Origin: Macrostomum lignano | Lineage: Eukaryota | Reading direction: 5' to 3' | Assembly: GCA_002269645.1 (NCBI GenBank) | Contig: NIVC01002679.1 | Span: 62,001 to 126,000, forward strand | Length of the DNA stretch: 64,000 bases | Part shown: one piece after another, positions 1 through 40,770 of the stretch | Position numbering within the stretch: position 1 is the first letter of the stretch | How the letters are laid out: each line of letters begins with the position of its first letter | The notes under the pieces: generated by a model | Seen by the model: only the letters and a program-made list of their open reading frames with translations | Databases searched by the model: none | What the model was told of the DNA's origin: nothing | Made by a program: the position numbers and the translations under genes

Positions 1-206
1 GCATTATTTAAACAAACAGAAACAAATATTAACTAGTACAAATGGGGGCCGTAATGACACATGAAATAAAATCCCATAGAACTTTTCGTATCCTTCAGTG
101 TAGGACCCAAAGAACTGAAATCCCATCGAACTGAAATCCCCAGAATCACCAAGTCCTTGTGAGTTTGTAACTCAAATCCTCTGATATCTGTTTAGCTCGT
201 AACTCT

Positions 207-495
207 GCCGTAGCCCAGCGGTCTGGCGCGGCGCTCTGATGTGCCAGCGGCCCAGGCTCGATTCCAAGTGCAGTCACATTAATTTGGGGCTGAAATGGAA
301 TCTCGGCTTGGCTCTGCTCTGCTTAAGGCACAGTGGAGTGTACATGCCTAACCATAAATAAAGTTAGGGCCACTGTGCACTCCTGTGTGAGTGTGTGCCT
401 GCTCAGGGGAGTTGGCAATGTGTGACAACGGATATTGTGTGACAATGTCGCTTAAAGTGCGCCAGGGTGCACACAGCCTTACTGACTCTAAAAAA
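207..495 (+). mobile_element. Putative tRNA-derived SINE (family 2) in the SEPSECS intron
   Basis: A-box-like TAGCCCAGCGG at 211 and B-box-like GGCTCGATTCC at 255-265. The body motif aaggcacag..tgtacat is shared with a minus-strand element at about 34090-34310. Confidence 0.5.
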
Positions 496-621
496 GCATA
501 GATTTATTGTGTTTCATGTGTGCAGAACTTTTACTATTGAATTTTTTCGATTAAATGCTCTTAAACAGGTGATTGACTGTTAAAAATTTTTGAATATATA
601 TTTGTTTCTTCAATCTGCCAG

Positions 622-843
622 GGCTACGGCGCTCATCAGACCGCATATCCGTTCGCGCCCTATCTGAACGCTGCCGCAGGCCTGGGCATGTCGGAAACCG
701 AAGTCGACTCATTTCTAGTCGTGTTGGACAGCCTGCTGACTAAGGAGTTTCGCCAGCGCGAGATTGACAGTCGTGTCGCCGATGCTGATGAGCAGGGTGA
801 TAATGATTACAGTAAAGACCAACTGACTGAGGATTTAGGATGA
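622..843 (+). CDS. SEPSECS: Terminal exon of O-phosphoseryl-tRNA(Sec) selenium transferase (SepSecS); upstream exons lie outside the window
   Basis: Acceptor ctgccag|G at 621/622. Translation GYGAHQTAYPFAPYLNAAAGLGMSETEVDSFLVVLDSLL...* matches the SepSecS C-terminal motif (human [28 protein letters not shown]..LD, recalled from memory). Stop TGA at 841-843. Confidence 0.85.
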   Translation, partial: GYGAHQTAYPFAPYLNAAAGLGMSETEVDSFLVVLDSLLTKEFRQREIDSRVADADEQGDNDYSKDQLTEDLG

Positions 844-944
844 CCACCTGTCTTTATTCATAGCCTTCAAAAACATGAACAAATATATTCTCTAAACTTA
901 GTAGACTTTTATCCAAACCATCCTGAGTACCGTCTCTAACTCAT

Positions 945-1918
945 TTACTCACCATGAGAACAGTCTCTAACTCACCATGAGAACAGTCTCTAACTCACCA
1001 TGAGAACAGTCTCTCTGACTCACCATGAGAACAGTCTCTCTAACTCACCATGAGAACAGTCTCTCTAACTCACCATGAGAACAGTCTCTCTAACTCACCA
1101 TGAGAACAGTCTCTCTAACTCACCATGAGAACAGTCTCTCTAACTCACCATGAGAACAGTCTCTCTAACTCACCATGAGAACAGTCTCTCTAACTCACCA
1201 TGAGAACAGTCTCTCTAACTCACCATGAGAACAGTCTCTCTAACTCACCATGAGAACAGTCTCTCTAACTCACCATGAGAACAGTCTCTGACTCACCATG
1301 AGAACAGTCTCTGACTCACCATGAGAACAGTCTCTCTAACTCACCATGAGAACAGTCTGACTCTCCATGAGAACAGTCTCTGACTCACCATGAGAACAGT
1401 CTCTCTAACTCACCATGAGAACAGTCTGACTCACCATGAGAACAGTCTCTCTAACTCGCCATGAGAACAGTCTCTCTAACTCACCATGAGAACAGTCTCT
1501 CTAACTCACCATGAGAACAGTCTCTCTAACTCACCATGAGAACAGTCTCTCTAACTCACCATGAGAACAGTCTCTGACTCACCATGAGAACAGTCTCTGA
1601 CTCACCATGAGAACAGTCTCTCTAACTCACCATGAGAACAGTCTCTCTAACTCACCATGAGAACAGTCTGACTCTCCATGAGAACAGTCTCTGACTCACC
1701 ATGAGAACAGTCTCTCTAACTCGCCATGAGAACAGTCTCTAACTCACCATGAGAACAGTCTCTAACTCACCATGAGAACAGTCTCTCTAACTCACCATGA
1801 GAACAGTCTGACTCACCATGAGAACAGTCTCTGACTCACCATGAGAACAGTCTCTCTAACTCACCATGAGAACAGTCTCTCTAACTCACCATGAGAACAG
1901 TCTCTCTAACTCACCTTG
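945..1918. repeat. Minisatellite, unit about 25 bp (ctcaccatgagaacagtctctctaa) with variable CT number
   Basis: Direct tandem repetition. Confidence 0.95.
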
Positions 1919-2659
1919 AGAATAATCTTAAAAAACTGTGCTCAGATGTACCCCTAAAAGCCCCTAGAATGTCCATGACCTTTTTAGAACATATCATTTA
2001 AGTGTCTTTTACTCTTGTTCATAACCAATTGGTATTTTCCTACCTCTAATCAATGCTCGATCGTTATTTCTCTCTTGTTTTGTATTCAGAAAAATGCTTT
2101 GGTTGGCTACTTGTCAGTAGCGTGTTTAGCTTATTATGAATTCTATAATTAGTTATTAATAAATTGACAAATATAATTGAGAATCTGCATTTGTATTTTA
2201 CTGTCGGGACGTACCATCTATCTATGCAGGTATTCAGGTTTCTACTTTAATAACATCTTTGCAGAAAAAAAACAATGTTGATAGAATATGAATATAGCTC
2301 ATTTGTTTGTTTGTCAACCATTTGTTTTTGATTGAGTTTTTTTAAGCCTACGCGTAATTTCGATTATCCGGCCTAATTGTTTTTTGTTGTAACAGACTGA
2401 TTTCCTAATTTTGAGTAATTAATGTGTTGTTGCTCAAATTGCATTAAAACAAAGTATTGTATGCTCAATGTGTTGGCAAAGGTGTGTGGCGCTTATTGTA
2501 TGAATTCTTTTAACTTTTTGTATCATTATGGTTTGCTTAATTAGGAAATTTTTAGGTCGCCAAAGCTTAATAGATAATTGTATTAGGCCATTAGAGTCTT
2601 GATCCATTTAGGTTACTATATATGGAACCTCGGGTATTTAGGTCGCTATATAGAGCCTA

Positions 2660-2943
2660 GTCGTTGTAGCCTAGTGGTTAGAGCGTCGGACTCACGACTG
2701 GAAGGTCGAGGGTTCGATTCCCGATCCCATTGGAACAATCTGTGTCCTTCAGCAAAGCAACTTTGCATTGCTTCAGTTCACCCAGCTGTAAAATGGGTGC
2801 CAGCATTAGCTGGGGTAATTGAGGGTGTGTGGCGAATAGCCGTACGCAGCCTTCAGATGCGCCGCGCAATAGCTGCGGCTGAGCTGTCGGTTGCACACCT
2901 GGCCCAATTGAGGCAGGTGTAATCAGTTATTATTATTATTTAT
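2660..2943 (+). mobile_element. tRNA-derived SINE (family 1) with a CORE-like central domain and (TTA)n tail
   Basis: A box TAGCCTAGTGG, B box GGTTCGATTCC and central cagttcacccagctgtaaaatgggt (MIR/CORE-like). TTA tail; 11-bp TSD tatagagccta at 2649-2659 and 2944-2954. Confidence 0.85.
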
Positions 2944-3161
2944 TATAGAGCCTAATGGACAGTATAAAGTCACTATATAGAGCTTAAGGGATTTAGATCC
3001 CCTACAGCCTATCAATATATATTCCATGGTGCGTACTGAATACTGGATTAAGCCTAAGATAGAAATTACATGTAGTTGTACGTGTTTAAAAGGCTTTGCA
3101 TTGACTATAAAGTGAACTCTTTGTCGGCCTTTCACCTGATGTAAATCAAACATTGCATGCG

Positions 3162-5771
3162 ATGCCTTCAGAGCGTCAGCCGTCTTCGGCGTCAACAGCA
3201 GCGGATGAATCATCAGCGTCCAAGTCGGCCCCATCGTCTGAAGATTACGGCTACTCCGTGTTCCCCAAACGCGACCCTGGCGCCGATTACAAAGCGCCGG
3301 CCAGGTTTATCGGCTTTCGCGCCTGGCGCCACAATCGATGCTTAAAAAACGTGCTGGACTGCTCGATGACGGATCCGTTTATTCGCTACTTAATTGTGGC
3401 TATTCGAAGTCGCGGCTGCAGTTTTACACTGTCGAGAAATGTCTCCTGCGAACGGTGCCGGTTCAGCTTTAGCGGCGGCTACGATCCTATGAGGAAACAG
3501 GTTGAGTAGTTTGTGTGTTTACTTGTCTGAATTACTTCCCTGAATGTTCCCTGACCGGAAAAAATCACACCTGCGGCATTAAATCGGCGCTTAAGTCACC
3601 TGTGGCGCTAAAGTCTCACCTGTAGCGCTAAATTGGCGCTAAAGTCTCACCTGTGGCGCTAAATTTGCGCTTAAGTCTGACCTGTGGCGCTAAATTGGCG
3701 CTAGAGTCTGACCTGTGGCGCTAAATTGGCGCTAAAGTCTCACCTCTGGCGCTAAATTGGCGCTAAAGTCTCACCTGTGGCGCTAAAGTCTCACCTGTGG
3801 CGCTAAATTTGTGCTGAAGTCTCACCTGTGGCGCTAAATTGGCGCTGAAGTCTCACCTGTGGCGCTTAAGTCTTACCTGAGGCGCTTAAGTCTGACCTGT
3901 GGCGCTAAATTGGCGCTAAAGTCTGACCTGTGGCGCTAAATTGGCGCTAAAGTCTGACCTGAGGCGCTAAATTGGCGCTGAAGTCTCACCTGTGGCGCTA
4001 AATTGGCGCTAGAGTCTCACCTGTGGCGCTAAATTGGCGCTAGAGTCTCACCTGTGGCGCTAAATTGGCGCTAGAGTCTCACCTGTGGCGCTAAATTGGC
4101 GCTAGAGTCTCACCTGTGGCGCTAAATTGGCGCTAGAGTCTCACCTGTGGCGCTAAATTGGCGCTAGAGTCTCACCTGTGGCGCTAAATTGGCGCTGAAG
4201 TCTCACCTGAGGCGCTAAATTGGCGCTAGAGTCTCACCTGTGGCGCTAAATTGGCGCTGAAGTCTCACCTGTGGCGCTTAAGTCTTACCTGAGGCGCTTA
4301 AGTCTGACCTGTGGCGCTAAATTGGCGCTAAAGTCTCAATACATGTAACAATAATAATTGATTACACCTGCCTCAATTGGGCCAGATGCGCAACCGACAG
4401 CTCAGCCGCAGCCATTGCGCGCGCATCTGAAGGCTGCCATGCGTACGGCTGTTCAGTGCTAATTCTGGCACCCATTTTACAGCTGAGTGAACTGAACCAA
4501 TGTAGAGTTAAGTGCCTTGTTCAAGGACAAATTGTTCCGAGTGGGTCGGGAATCGAACCCTCGACCTTTCAGTCTGGAGTCCGACGCTCTAACCTCCTAG
4601 GCTACAACCCCCTCAGGTACAACCCCCTAAAAGTCTCGCACAAATTTTCGTGATGCCAACTGTCAATTGTCACCTAGACTTTTATTTAGCGTCGAGGCTT
4701 TAGGACTAGGATGGCCGAATGGCACCAGGGTTCTGACAAAGAACCTAAAGTGTACCTTGTATTCAAGCTAATTATAGCCGGGCTTTAACATTTTTATAAA
4801 AACCTTCATTTCCAGGTGGCCGTCTGCGAGAACGAATTCTGGGCTAAGCCGGGCATTTGCAGCGTGCTTCGACACGAGTTAATTCACGCTTTCGACGACT
4901 GTCGAGCTGTCATGTTCAAAGGTGCCGACGAGGAAGCTAAGGAGCCAAATGAGTCGCTTGATAGGCTGGCCTGTACTGAGGTGGGTTTTGCTGCCTTTGA
5001 TTCTGGCAAGTGCAGTTAGGCGCAAGTCTGAAGTGCGTGTCTTTTTGCAACAGACCCTAGTCCCATAGACAATGCGGGGTGTCTTCCCGCTAGAGACCCT
5101 AGTCCCATAGACAATGCGGGGTGTCTTCCCGCTAGAGACCCTAGTCCCATAGACAATGCGGGGTGTCTTCCCGCTAGAGACCCTAGTCCCATAGACAATG
5201 CGGGGTGTCTTCCCGCTAGAAACCCTAGTCCCATAGACAATGCGGGGTGTCTTCCCGCTAGAGACCCTAGTCCCATAGACAATGCGGGGTGTCTTCCCGC
5301 TATAGACCCTAGTCCCATAGACAATGCGGGAGTGTCTTCCCCCGACAAACCTACTCTCCAAAATGCTCCTCGCAACCAGCCGCCGCCTCCTCCCCCTCTC
5401 AGATCCGCGCCGCCAGCTTGAACCACTGCATGCTAGGCGCCGCCAAAATGGAAGGCTACACGGGCATGTTCAACTACGCTGGTCAGCATCAGCACTGCGT
5501 AAAATCCAAGGCGCTCATGTCGGTACTGGCGGCCCGTCAGATCAGCCGGCCGGAAGGCGAGGCGGCAATCGAGCGCGTGTTCGATCGTTGCTACGCTGAT
5601 CTGGAGCCATTCGGTCGGATTCCGGCCTCTTTAAAATCTTTCCGCTCGATTGCGATCGCTTTATCATTGACGGCGCTCGGTACGGCTATTCAATTCAGGA
5701 GGCTCGCCAACGGACCGGAAATGCTGCTCCCGGTTCCGCTTCCGGTTCCCCGTCCGCTTCCTGATGCTTAA
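3162..5771 (+). CDS. ATP23: Mitochondrial inner membrane metalloprotease ATP23; exons 3162-3500, 4816-4980, 5403-5771 (true stop possibly 5764 after a 1-nt frame break)
   Basis: GT-AG phase-0 junctions join ...GGYDPMRKQ|VAVCEN...HELIHAFDDCR...RLACTE|IRAASL...CVKSKA..SV...VFDRCYADLEPFGRIP. Contains the HEXXH motif HELIH. Confidence 0.92.
3565..4337. repeat. Minisatellite, about 31-bp unit ggcgctaaattggcgctagagtctcacctgt, in ATP23 intron 1
   Basis: Direct tandem repetition. Confidence 0.95.
4351..4608 (-). mobile_element. SINE family 1 copy
   Basis: Reverse complement of 2660-2943: ggaatcgaacc B box, cccattttacagctg core and taataata tail. Confidence 0.85.
5053..5340. repeat. 42-bp minisatellite (about 7 copies) filling ATP23 intron 2
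   Basis: agaccctagtcccatagacaatgcggggtgtcttcccgctag repeated. Confidence 0.95.
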
Positions 5772-6560
5772 GCAACTGCGTTTCAGTAGCCTAGAATGCT
5801 ATGATGTTTAATACGTCCTTTAATTAAAATGCAACAAATAAATAAAGGTTAGCGATCGAGAATCAAGTCTTTTTGTACAAATAAAGGTGCAATTTGCTCA
5901 TGTTTCTCGTGTCTTCCAATCCAAACCGAAGAGGTCAAAAGCCCTTGCTTAAAGTAACAGACTAGCTAAATCGTTTCGCTAAGGACGTTAGCATTTTAAG
6001 CTACTCGAAATTGTTTTTTCTGTCTGTAGATGATTTTTATTTGTAGATTCAGCGCATTAGACTCGGCATTTTGTGGCTGTCGCATGCTTGCTTGTGTTGC
6101 AATTTATGTTTGAGGAAAAAGACGATTTGTTAGCTAAATTCATAATTGTGCCTGCGTGTCTGTTATCAGTGCTAATGTTAGGACAAATTATTTATACTGC
6201 AATCTTTAGAAATTCTAAAAAAATTATTAATCAATAAAATGCACTGCTTTAATTTTGTCTCGTCTTAAGGCGGACAAACATTTTGCTGAGAACTAACTAT
6301 TATTTTGTCTTCAATTTGCAACATTTTAATACAATAATCCTAGGCACCTTGTGAATGAGAGCCTGTCTGCGTTAGCGGAATGGCTCTGCAGATTTGCCTC
6401 AACGCTAGGAGCTCGCAGTCCTGCAATTATCATATTATAATTACTGTAACTGAAAACACCTTTCTTATCTTTAATGAGCCTTAATTGCGCCAACTATATG
6501 ACTCAGCAATTAGCAATAATTGATTAGTATCGATAATAGCGCATTTTAATTGATCTCAGC

Positions 6561-7677
6561 ATGACGCCCGGGCGGGCCGCTTCGGCTGCGCTGGGTCGGT
6601 TGGCCTCGGCGGCTAAAAATCCGTCTCCAATTAAACTGTCCGCCGCTTTTATCCTGCCGTCGGCGGCTAGCGCTGTATCTGTGTTATCAAATACCCGGCC
6701 GCCGCCTTTGATGTTGCCGCCGATAACGATTGGCGCGTCGTCAATTCGGCGAACTTCTGTACTGCCGGCGGCGGCAAGTGTTGGAAATGCTCTCAACCGG
6801 CTGGCGGCGATGCGGGCGGTCTGTTCTGTGCCGCCTGCGGCGCGATTCAAGCGCCTGACGAGGCCTCCAGTTGCGATCACTATCGGCTGCTGTTTGGCCC
6901 GCAGGCGGAGCCGAAGTATCGCGTGGATTTGACCAAATTGGCTACCGCGATGCGTCAGCTGCAGTGGCAGCTGCATCCCGATAAATTTGCCAGCGCTAGT
7001 GATGAGGTCAGTTCTGCAGCAACTGTTGTCATGGCACCCAGTATCTAAGTAGGGCTACCATGGCAACCAGTATCTAATCGGGGTTACCATGGCAACCATT
7101 ATCTAATCAGGGTTACCATGGCAACCAGTATCTAATCAGGGTTTTCACATAGTGATAACCGCATAACCTGTGTTTAGTATGGCTAATCATTTCATACTAC
7201 CAACCTGATGACCAGTTGTCTCTATGGCAATCAGTCTAGTAGTCTATGAGAATCAGGTCCTCTCACCTTCAAATGCCCCCCCAGGAGCGCAGTCTCGCCC
7301 AGCAACAATCCGCCCGGGTGAACTCAGCCTACCGCTGCCTAGCCGATCCCGTGCTCCGCGCCGTCTACCTGCTCAGCCTTCGCGGCGTTGCCATGCCAAC
7401 GGAGGAGACTGGCAGTGGCCGGTCGGCAGACGGCGGCGACCTGTCCCTGCCGCAGGAGTTCCTGTCCGAAATGCTGGAACTCAACGAGGCTCTGATGGAG
7501 GCCGACCACAGCTCCATTGGCAGCATCGCTGATCGAGTGGAAGCTGACACGGCGTCTCTTACTGAGGAACTGGCCAAGGCATTTGATGACGCTAACGATC
7601 TCTCGCTGGCTAAGGAGCTCACCTATCGTTTAAAGTACTTCACTAACATCAGAGCCAAAGTTCGCGAGCGGACTTGA
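6561..7677 (+). CDS. HSCB: Mitochondrial Fe-S cluster co-chaperone HscB/HSC20; exon 1 about 6561-7006 (5' frame discontinuity), exon 2 7285-7677
   Basis: The frame at 6776-7006 gives KCWKC...FCAACGAIQ (tetracysteine motif) and a J domain with LHPDKF. It is spliced in phase 0 to ERSLAQQQSARVNSAYRCL.DP..RA.YLL and the C-terminal EFL.EMLELNE...RLKYF domain. Confidence 0.9.
7040..7142. repeat. Short 29-bp tandem repeat in the HSCB intron
   Basis: ccatggcaaccagtatctaatcagggtta, about 3.5 copies. Confidence 0.8.
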
Positions 7678-7737
7678 CTTCCAGGCTTGATTTAATAATA
7701 AAAATTTGCATTCATTTATTTGGCATATTCAGTTTCC

Positions 7738-7949
7738 CTACTTTCAGTTCAGTAGTATGGAAGAATGTGTAAGCTATTTTATAAAAATTAAGTCAGTTTT
7801 ATAAAGTGAATTACGACGCCGAGGAAGGGGCATTAAGAATTGGCCAAAGAAAATGCGTAGTCGAAGGTTTAAGACTGCCCAATGGTGTGTCTTGTCGTTA
7901 AATACATTAAAACACTTTTATTTCAACTTACCTACTGAACTGAAAGTAG
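7738..7949. mobile_element. MITE with 18-bp perfect terminal inverted repeats
   Basis: ctactttcagttcagtag (7738-7755) and its exact reverse complement ctactgaactgaaagtag (7932-7949). The TA inside each end could be the TSD. A related left end occurs at about 11500-11590. Confidence 0.75.
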
Positions 7950-8844
7950 TTTATAAGCAAATGCGCTGAGTTCTATGTAGCGAACTTTCTTCAGTTTCCC
8001 GATGCATTACTGTGTACTTGTACAAACAACCTCATTAGTATCATGATTGGTCTATTAATTTTTGCCATCTATTGTTCATTCACCAATTAATAAACTCTTA
8101 AATTGTACACTTTGTAATTTTATTATTCAGATATATTCTATTCTTTCTAATTATTATTGCCTACTTTCATCACTAACCTAAAACCGAATAGAGAAAAGGC
8201 AGGTAGGCAAGTACTATAATTGGCTTACTCATACTTAATTAATGCATTTTTGTTGCTTTACTAAATCCTGAGCTTTCCACTAACTTAAATGTAATTCTGA
8301 TTGAATAGTTTGACTCGGCACTGTTTGTGGCAATAATCAGTTCTATCTCATTGGACCACGTTTTGCACCAAGGACGTTCAAGTTCAACTGCGGCAAGGAC
8401 GGGAATATTCGCTTCTTGGAATTGAAGGCTGACTTGCCTATGCACGAAAGAGTCTAGTTGTTAGTTTCTAAATTTCTAGTATCTTAAATAGAAAAGTCTG
8501 TCTTGAATTTTCACGCGCATAACTACTATTTTGTTGCAACAGTGCGAATCAAATTTTGTGAAGAAATACACTGCTCCATCGTGGCCTGTCATATTGCTTC
8601 TGAGTAGCTGCTACCTTCTATTTGTAGTATTTTCCTGCTAATAAAACCTGCCTTAAACTTATCTTCTTCTGTCATTTATAATGAGATTAACTGTGCGAAA
8701 AAGCAACGCATTTTTCTAGACATTATCCTGAGCACCGCCGCGCACCGGCTGGCTACAAGAATTCTGATTAGAAACTCTGCTCAGTTCGGGAGAGCTCCGA
8801 CGAGATGAACTGCGTGCACTCACGCAGGTCAGCTGTCAGCTACT

Positions 8845-8964
8845 CGTACTACTACTACTAATATTACTGCTGCTGCTACTACTACTACTACCACTACTAC
8901 TACTACTACACTACTAACACTACCTCTACTACCACTACTACTACTACTACTAACACTACCTCTA

Positions 8965-9004
<40 letters not shown>

Positions 9005-9015
9005 CACTACCTCTA

Positions 9016-9049
<34 letters not shown>

Positions 9050-9054
9050 CTCTA

Positions 9055-9094
<40 letters not shown>

Positions 9095-9182
9095 CACTAC
9101 CTCTACTACCACTACTACTACTACTACACTACTAACACTACCTCTACTACCACTACTACTACTACTACTAACACTACCTCTA

Positions 9183-9252
<70 letters not shown>

Positions 9253-9263
9253 CACTACCTCTA

Positions 9264-9326
<63 letters not shown>

Positions 9327-9359
9327 ACACTACCTCTACTACCACTACTACTACTACTA

Positions 9360-9396
<37 letters not shown>

Positions 9397-9484
9397 CACT
9401 ACCTCTACTACCACTACTACTACTACTACACTACTAACACTACCTCTACTACCACTACTACTACTACTACTAACACTACCTCTA

Positions 9485-9524
<40 letters not shown>

Positions 9525-9716
9525 CACTACCTCTACTACCACTACTACTACTACTACTAACACTACCTCTACTACCACTACTACTACTACTACTAACACT
9601 ACCTCTACTACCACTACTACTACTACTACTAACACTACCTCTACTACCACTACTACCACTACTACTACTACTACTACCACTACTACTACTACTACTACCA
9701 CTACTACTACTACTAC
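8845..9716. repeat. Compound (CTA)n/(CCA) microsatellite
   Basis: Direct; it explains the poly-V and poly-S ORFs in the track. Confidence 0.97.
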
Positions 9717-10735
9717 AGTATAACATGTTTGCAGGTTAATAAGACGGTTTGATAGCAGAGATTATCATTGTACCAAAATGCGATGATATCAAATTAGTAT
9801 ATTTCAAAAACTGGCAGTAGCAAATTTATATAAAAACAGAAGCATGTTGCACTAAACGATAAATTAGGCTAAGGGTAACTAAGCTGTTACACTGCAGCAG
9901 TTCTGATTTTAAAAACGGTGTCTTTGCATCGTCGACTCAAGAAAATACGAGCGTCTGAAAAAGCCTTTAGAGTGTTGAAGCCGCTCGCACACCAGCAGGA
10001 CTCAAGACTCGCGCATAAGTTAATATTCAATAACGAGAAATCGGCCGTAAAAAAACTAAAAAAATCAACGTGTGCAAAACTACAAACTAGAAGGAAAATA
10101 AAAAAAAATTGCAAAATATATCAAGCAGGTGTACTGGATAAAATTATCGTAAGCATATATTTGTAAAGTTAGTGTTAAAGATAATAGTGTTAGACGGGGT
10201 TAAAAAGATTGCGTGCGAAAGTAAAGCCGGTTATTGCAGTTCTGTACAGGCTTAACTGGGCAGTGTTAAGCAAGGAGATTTGCGGCGCAGTTCATATTTG
10301 AATTGTTTCAACAGTGCAATATAGTTTCAATCAAATAATTTACATCAGATCAGTTGGGTCAGTTGTATTGCACAGGCGGAGTTCGTAGAGAAAAACAATA
10401 CAATTTCAAGGAAATTTCAGTAAGAAAATTACAAAACTCTGGCCGCCATTGACACCCCGGCATTCGGCCAGCCAATCAGACGCGAGAAAGGGGCAGAAGG
10501 TTAAACGCAGACGCCCTATGACTCATGTTCTAAAAATAGAATGACCAACCAATCAGACACGACGGGGCGGAGGGCAGGAGACGAGATTCGATACAGTTTA
10601 GCTAATCAGGGACTAGGAAGACCAAACGCTGGGGTGAAAATTTAGCAAAGCTATCAAGGCACGCGCAGAAAGTAGCAATTGGAACGAATTATAGTTACAC
10701 AGGTAGCGCTGCACGTTAATCCACGTTGAAACCTG

Positions 10736-39256
<28,521 letters not shown>

Positions 39257-40514
39257 CTTTTTTCACTTTTCGGTAGTGAGTTTTAGAAGAAGGTCTTGGT
39301 CAATGGTTACTTCTTATAAGCACGATATAAGTCTTGATTTTTAGGAGTCCATTCTCCTATCTGTAAGTAGGCTGAGCTGAGATTGAGAGAGAGACCGTGT
39401 TTTTAATTCACAGAGCGGGCGCGCTGGGAACTTTTTATGCGGCCGGTTTGTTCAAAGCTTTTTTATTTTTCTCTGTCTCTATTTTGGGGGGCAAGCTTTC
39501 GGTCGGGTCCTTTTTTCGCCTGCAGCGGCGGGGTCCCTGCTGTAAAATTAGAAGAGGGGCCGGGGGTTGGGGGTGGCCCCGACGGCGCGTTCTGGTTGGC
39601 TGGCTGGCAGAGGGTAAGGGGGGAGAACGGGGGTCGGTTCGGTTGTAGTTTGCAACGTTTTATCATCTGAACTGAACCCAAACTCCCTTCGGCTTGCTAT
39701 CTAAGGCAGTTAAAATTATCTGTACAGGGGACTGGGGGGATGTACATTGCTCACAAACCGTGAGAAAGATTCGGACTTCCCAATCTGACTGTTCTTTTTT
39801 ATTTCGCTCATTCCACTGTCTCAGTCTGTTATCAACTCTATTCATAGTTTGTTTTTACTATTGACGTCAGAAAGATTGTTTAATTCCCTAATTAAGCTAC
39901 GTTTCCCAATTCCTTCAGCCTCAATTACTTTACATTTGTGACTTTGTCGAGCAATCAATTAATATTAGTACGTAGCTGGTGCATTGATTATTGCTTGCTA
40001 AATTTAGATAACTTACGAAACAAGTTCAAAATGAGATGCAAAACTTAAATATCTGGAAATGATCAAATATCCCATTGTAAAAAATCAAAAAAGCCTCCAC
40101 CATCTGAATCAAGTTCGAACTCCAACTCAATTTTCATCAACCCCATTTGGACCATGGGATGGGAAAATGAAAACGAATGCCTTAACAACAACAAAAACGA
40201 CCACAAACACCGTTTTCCGGTTTGCGTTGAAAGAAATCGACAGCAATAAACTTAATTTTTATGCCGTTATCTCATAATTTGCATATTCGATTTTTTTATT
40301 TTTTTCTAATCGTTGCTACGCTCGTATGCTGCATTTTTATATGATTACTTGTCTTCATAAGCAATTAAATTTCAATGACTAAATGAGAAGTCTCAAATTA
40401 TAAATGACACGAAGTCGAAACCTGACTGCCACAAAGGTTATCTTAACTGAGTTCGAATAAGCATTGATAGCATCCGGTTTCGTGTCTCGTGGCATTGATG
40501 AGATTTGTACATGT

Positions 40515-40770
40515 ACTTATGATCGGAGAGATGGGATCTGAACTTATGATCAGATGGAATCTGTACATATTTATGACCAGATGGAATCTGTACTTATGAT
40601 CGGAGAGATGGGATCTGAGCTTATATGATCAACTGGGATCTGAACTTATGATCGGAGAGATGGGATCTGTTTATGATCAGATGGAATCTGAACTTATGAT
40701 CAGATGGAATCTGTGCTTATGATCAGATGGGAACTATAACATAGGATCAGAGAGATGGGATCAGTGCTGC
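40515..40770. repeat. Degenerate repeat, about 23 bp (gatcagatggaatctgaacttat)
   Basis: Direct. Confidence 0.7.

Noticed and set aside
2660-2735. tRNA genes at the SINE heads (also 4540-4608, 11690-11750, 25480-25535)
   Set aside because: A and B boxes are present, but the anticodon arm differs between copies, the acceptor stem is poor, and each head continues into a shared body with tail and TSD.
3151-3160. cattgcatg resembling the 3' end of a flatworm spliced leader
   Set aside because: The match is too short, and there is no donor GT or Sm-binding site after it; it is not an SL RNA gene.
8340-8850. Short coding-looking stretch (FYLIGPRFAPRTFKF...) and hairpins or a hammerhead-like CTGA..GAAA near 8770
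   Set aside because: No phase-compatible exon chain or homology was found, and the hammerhead core lacks the conserved GA and stem II.
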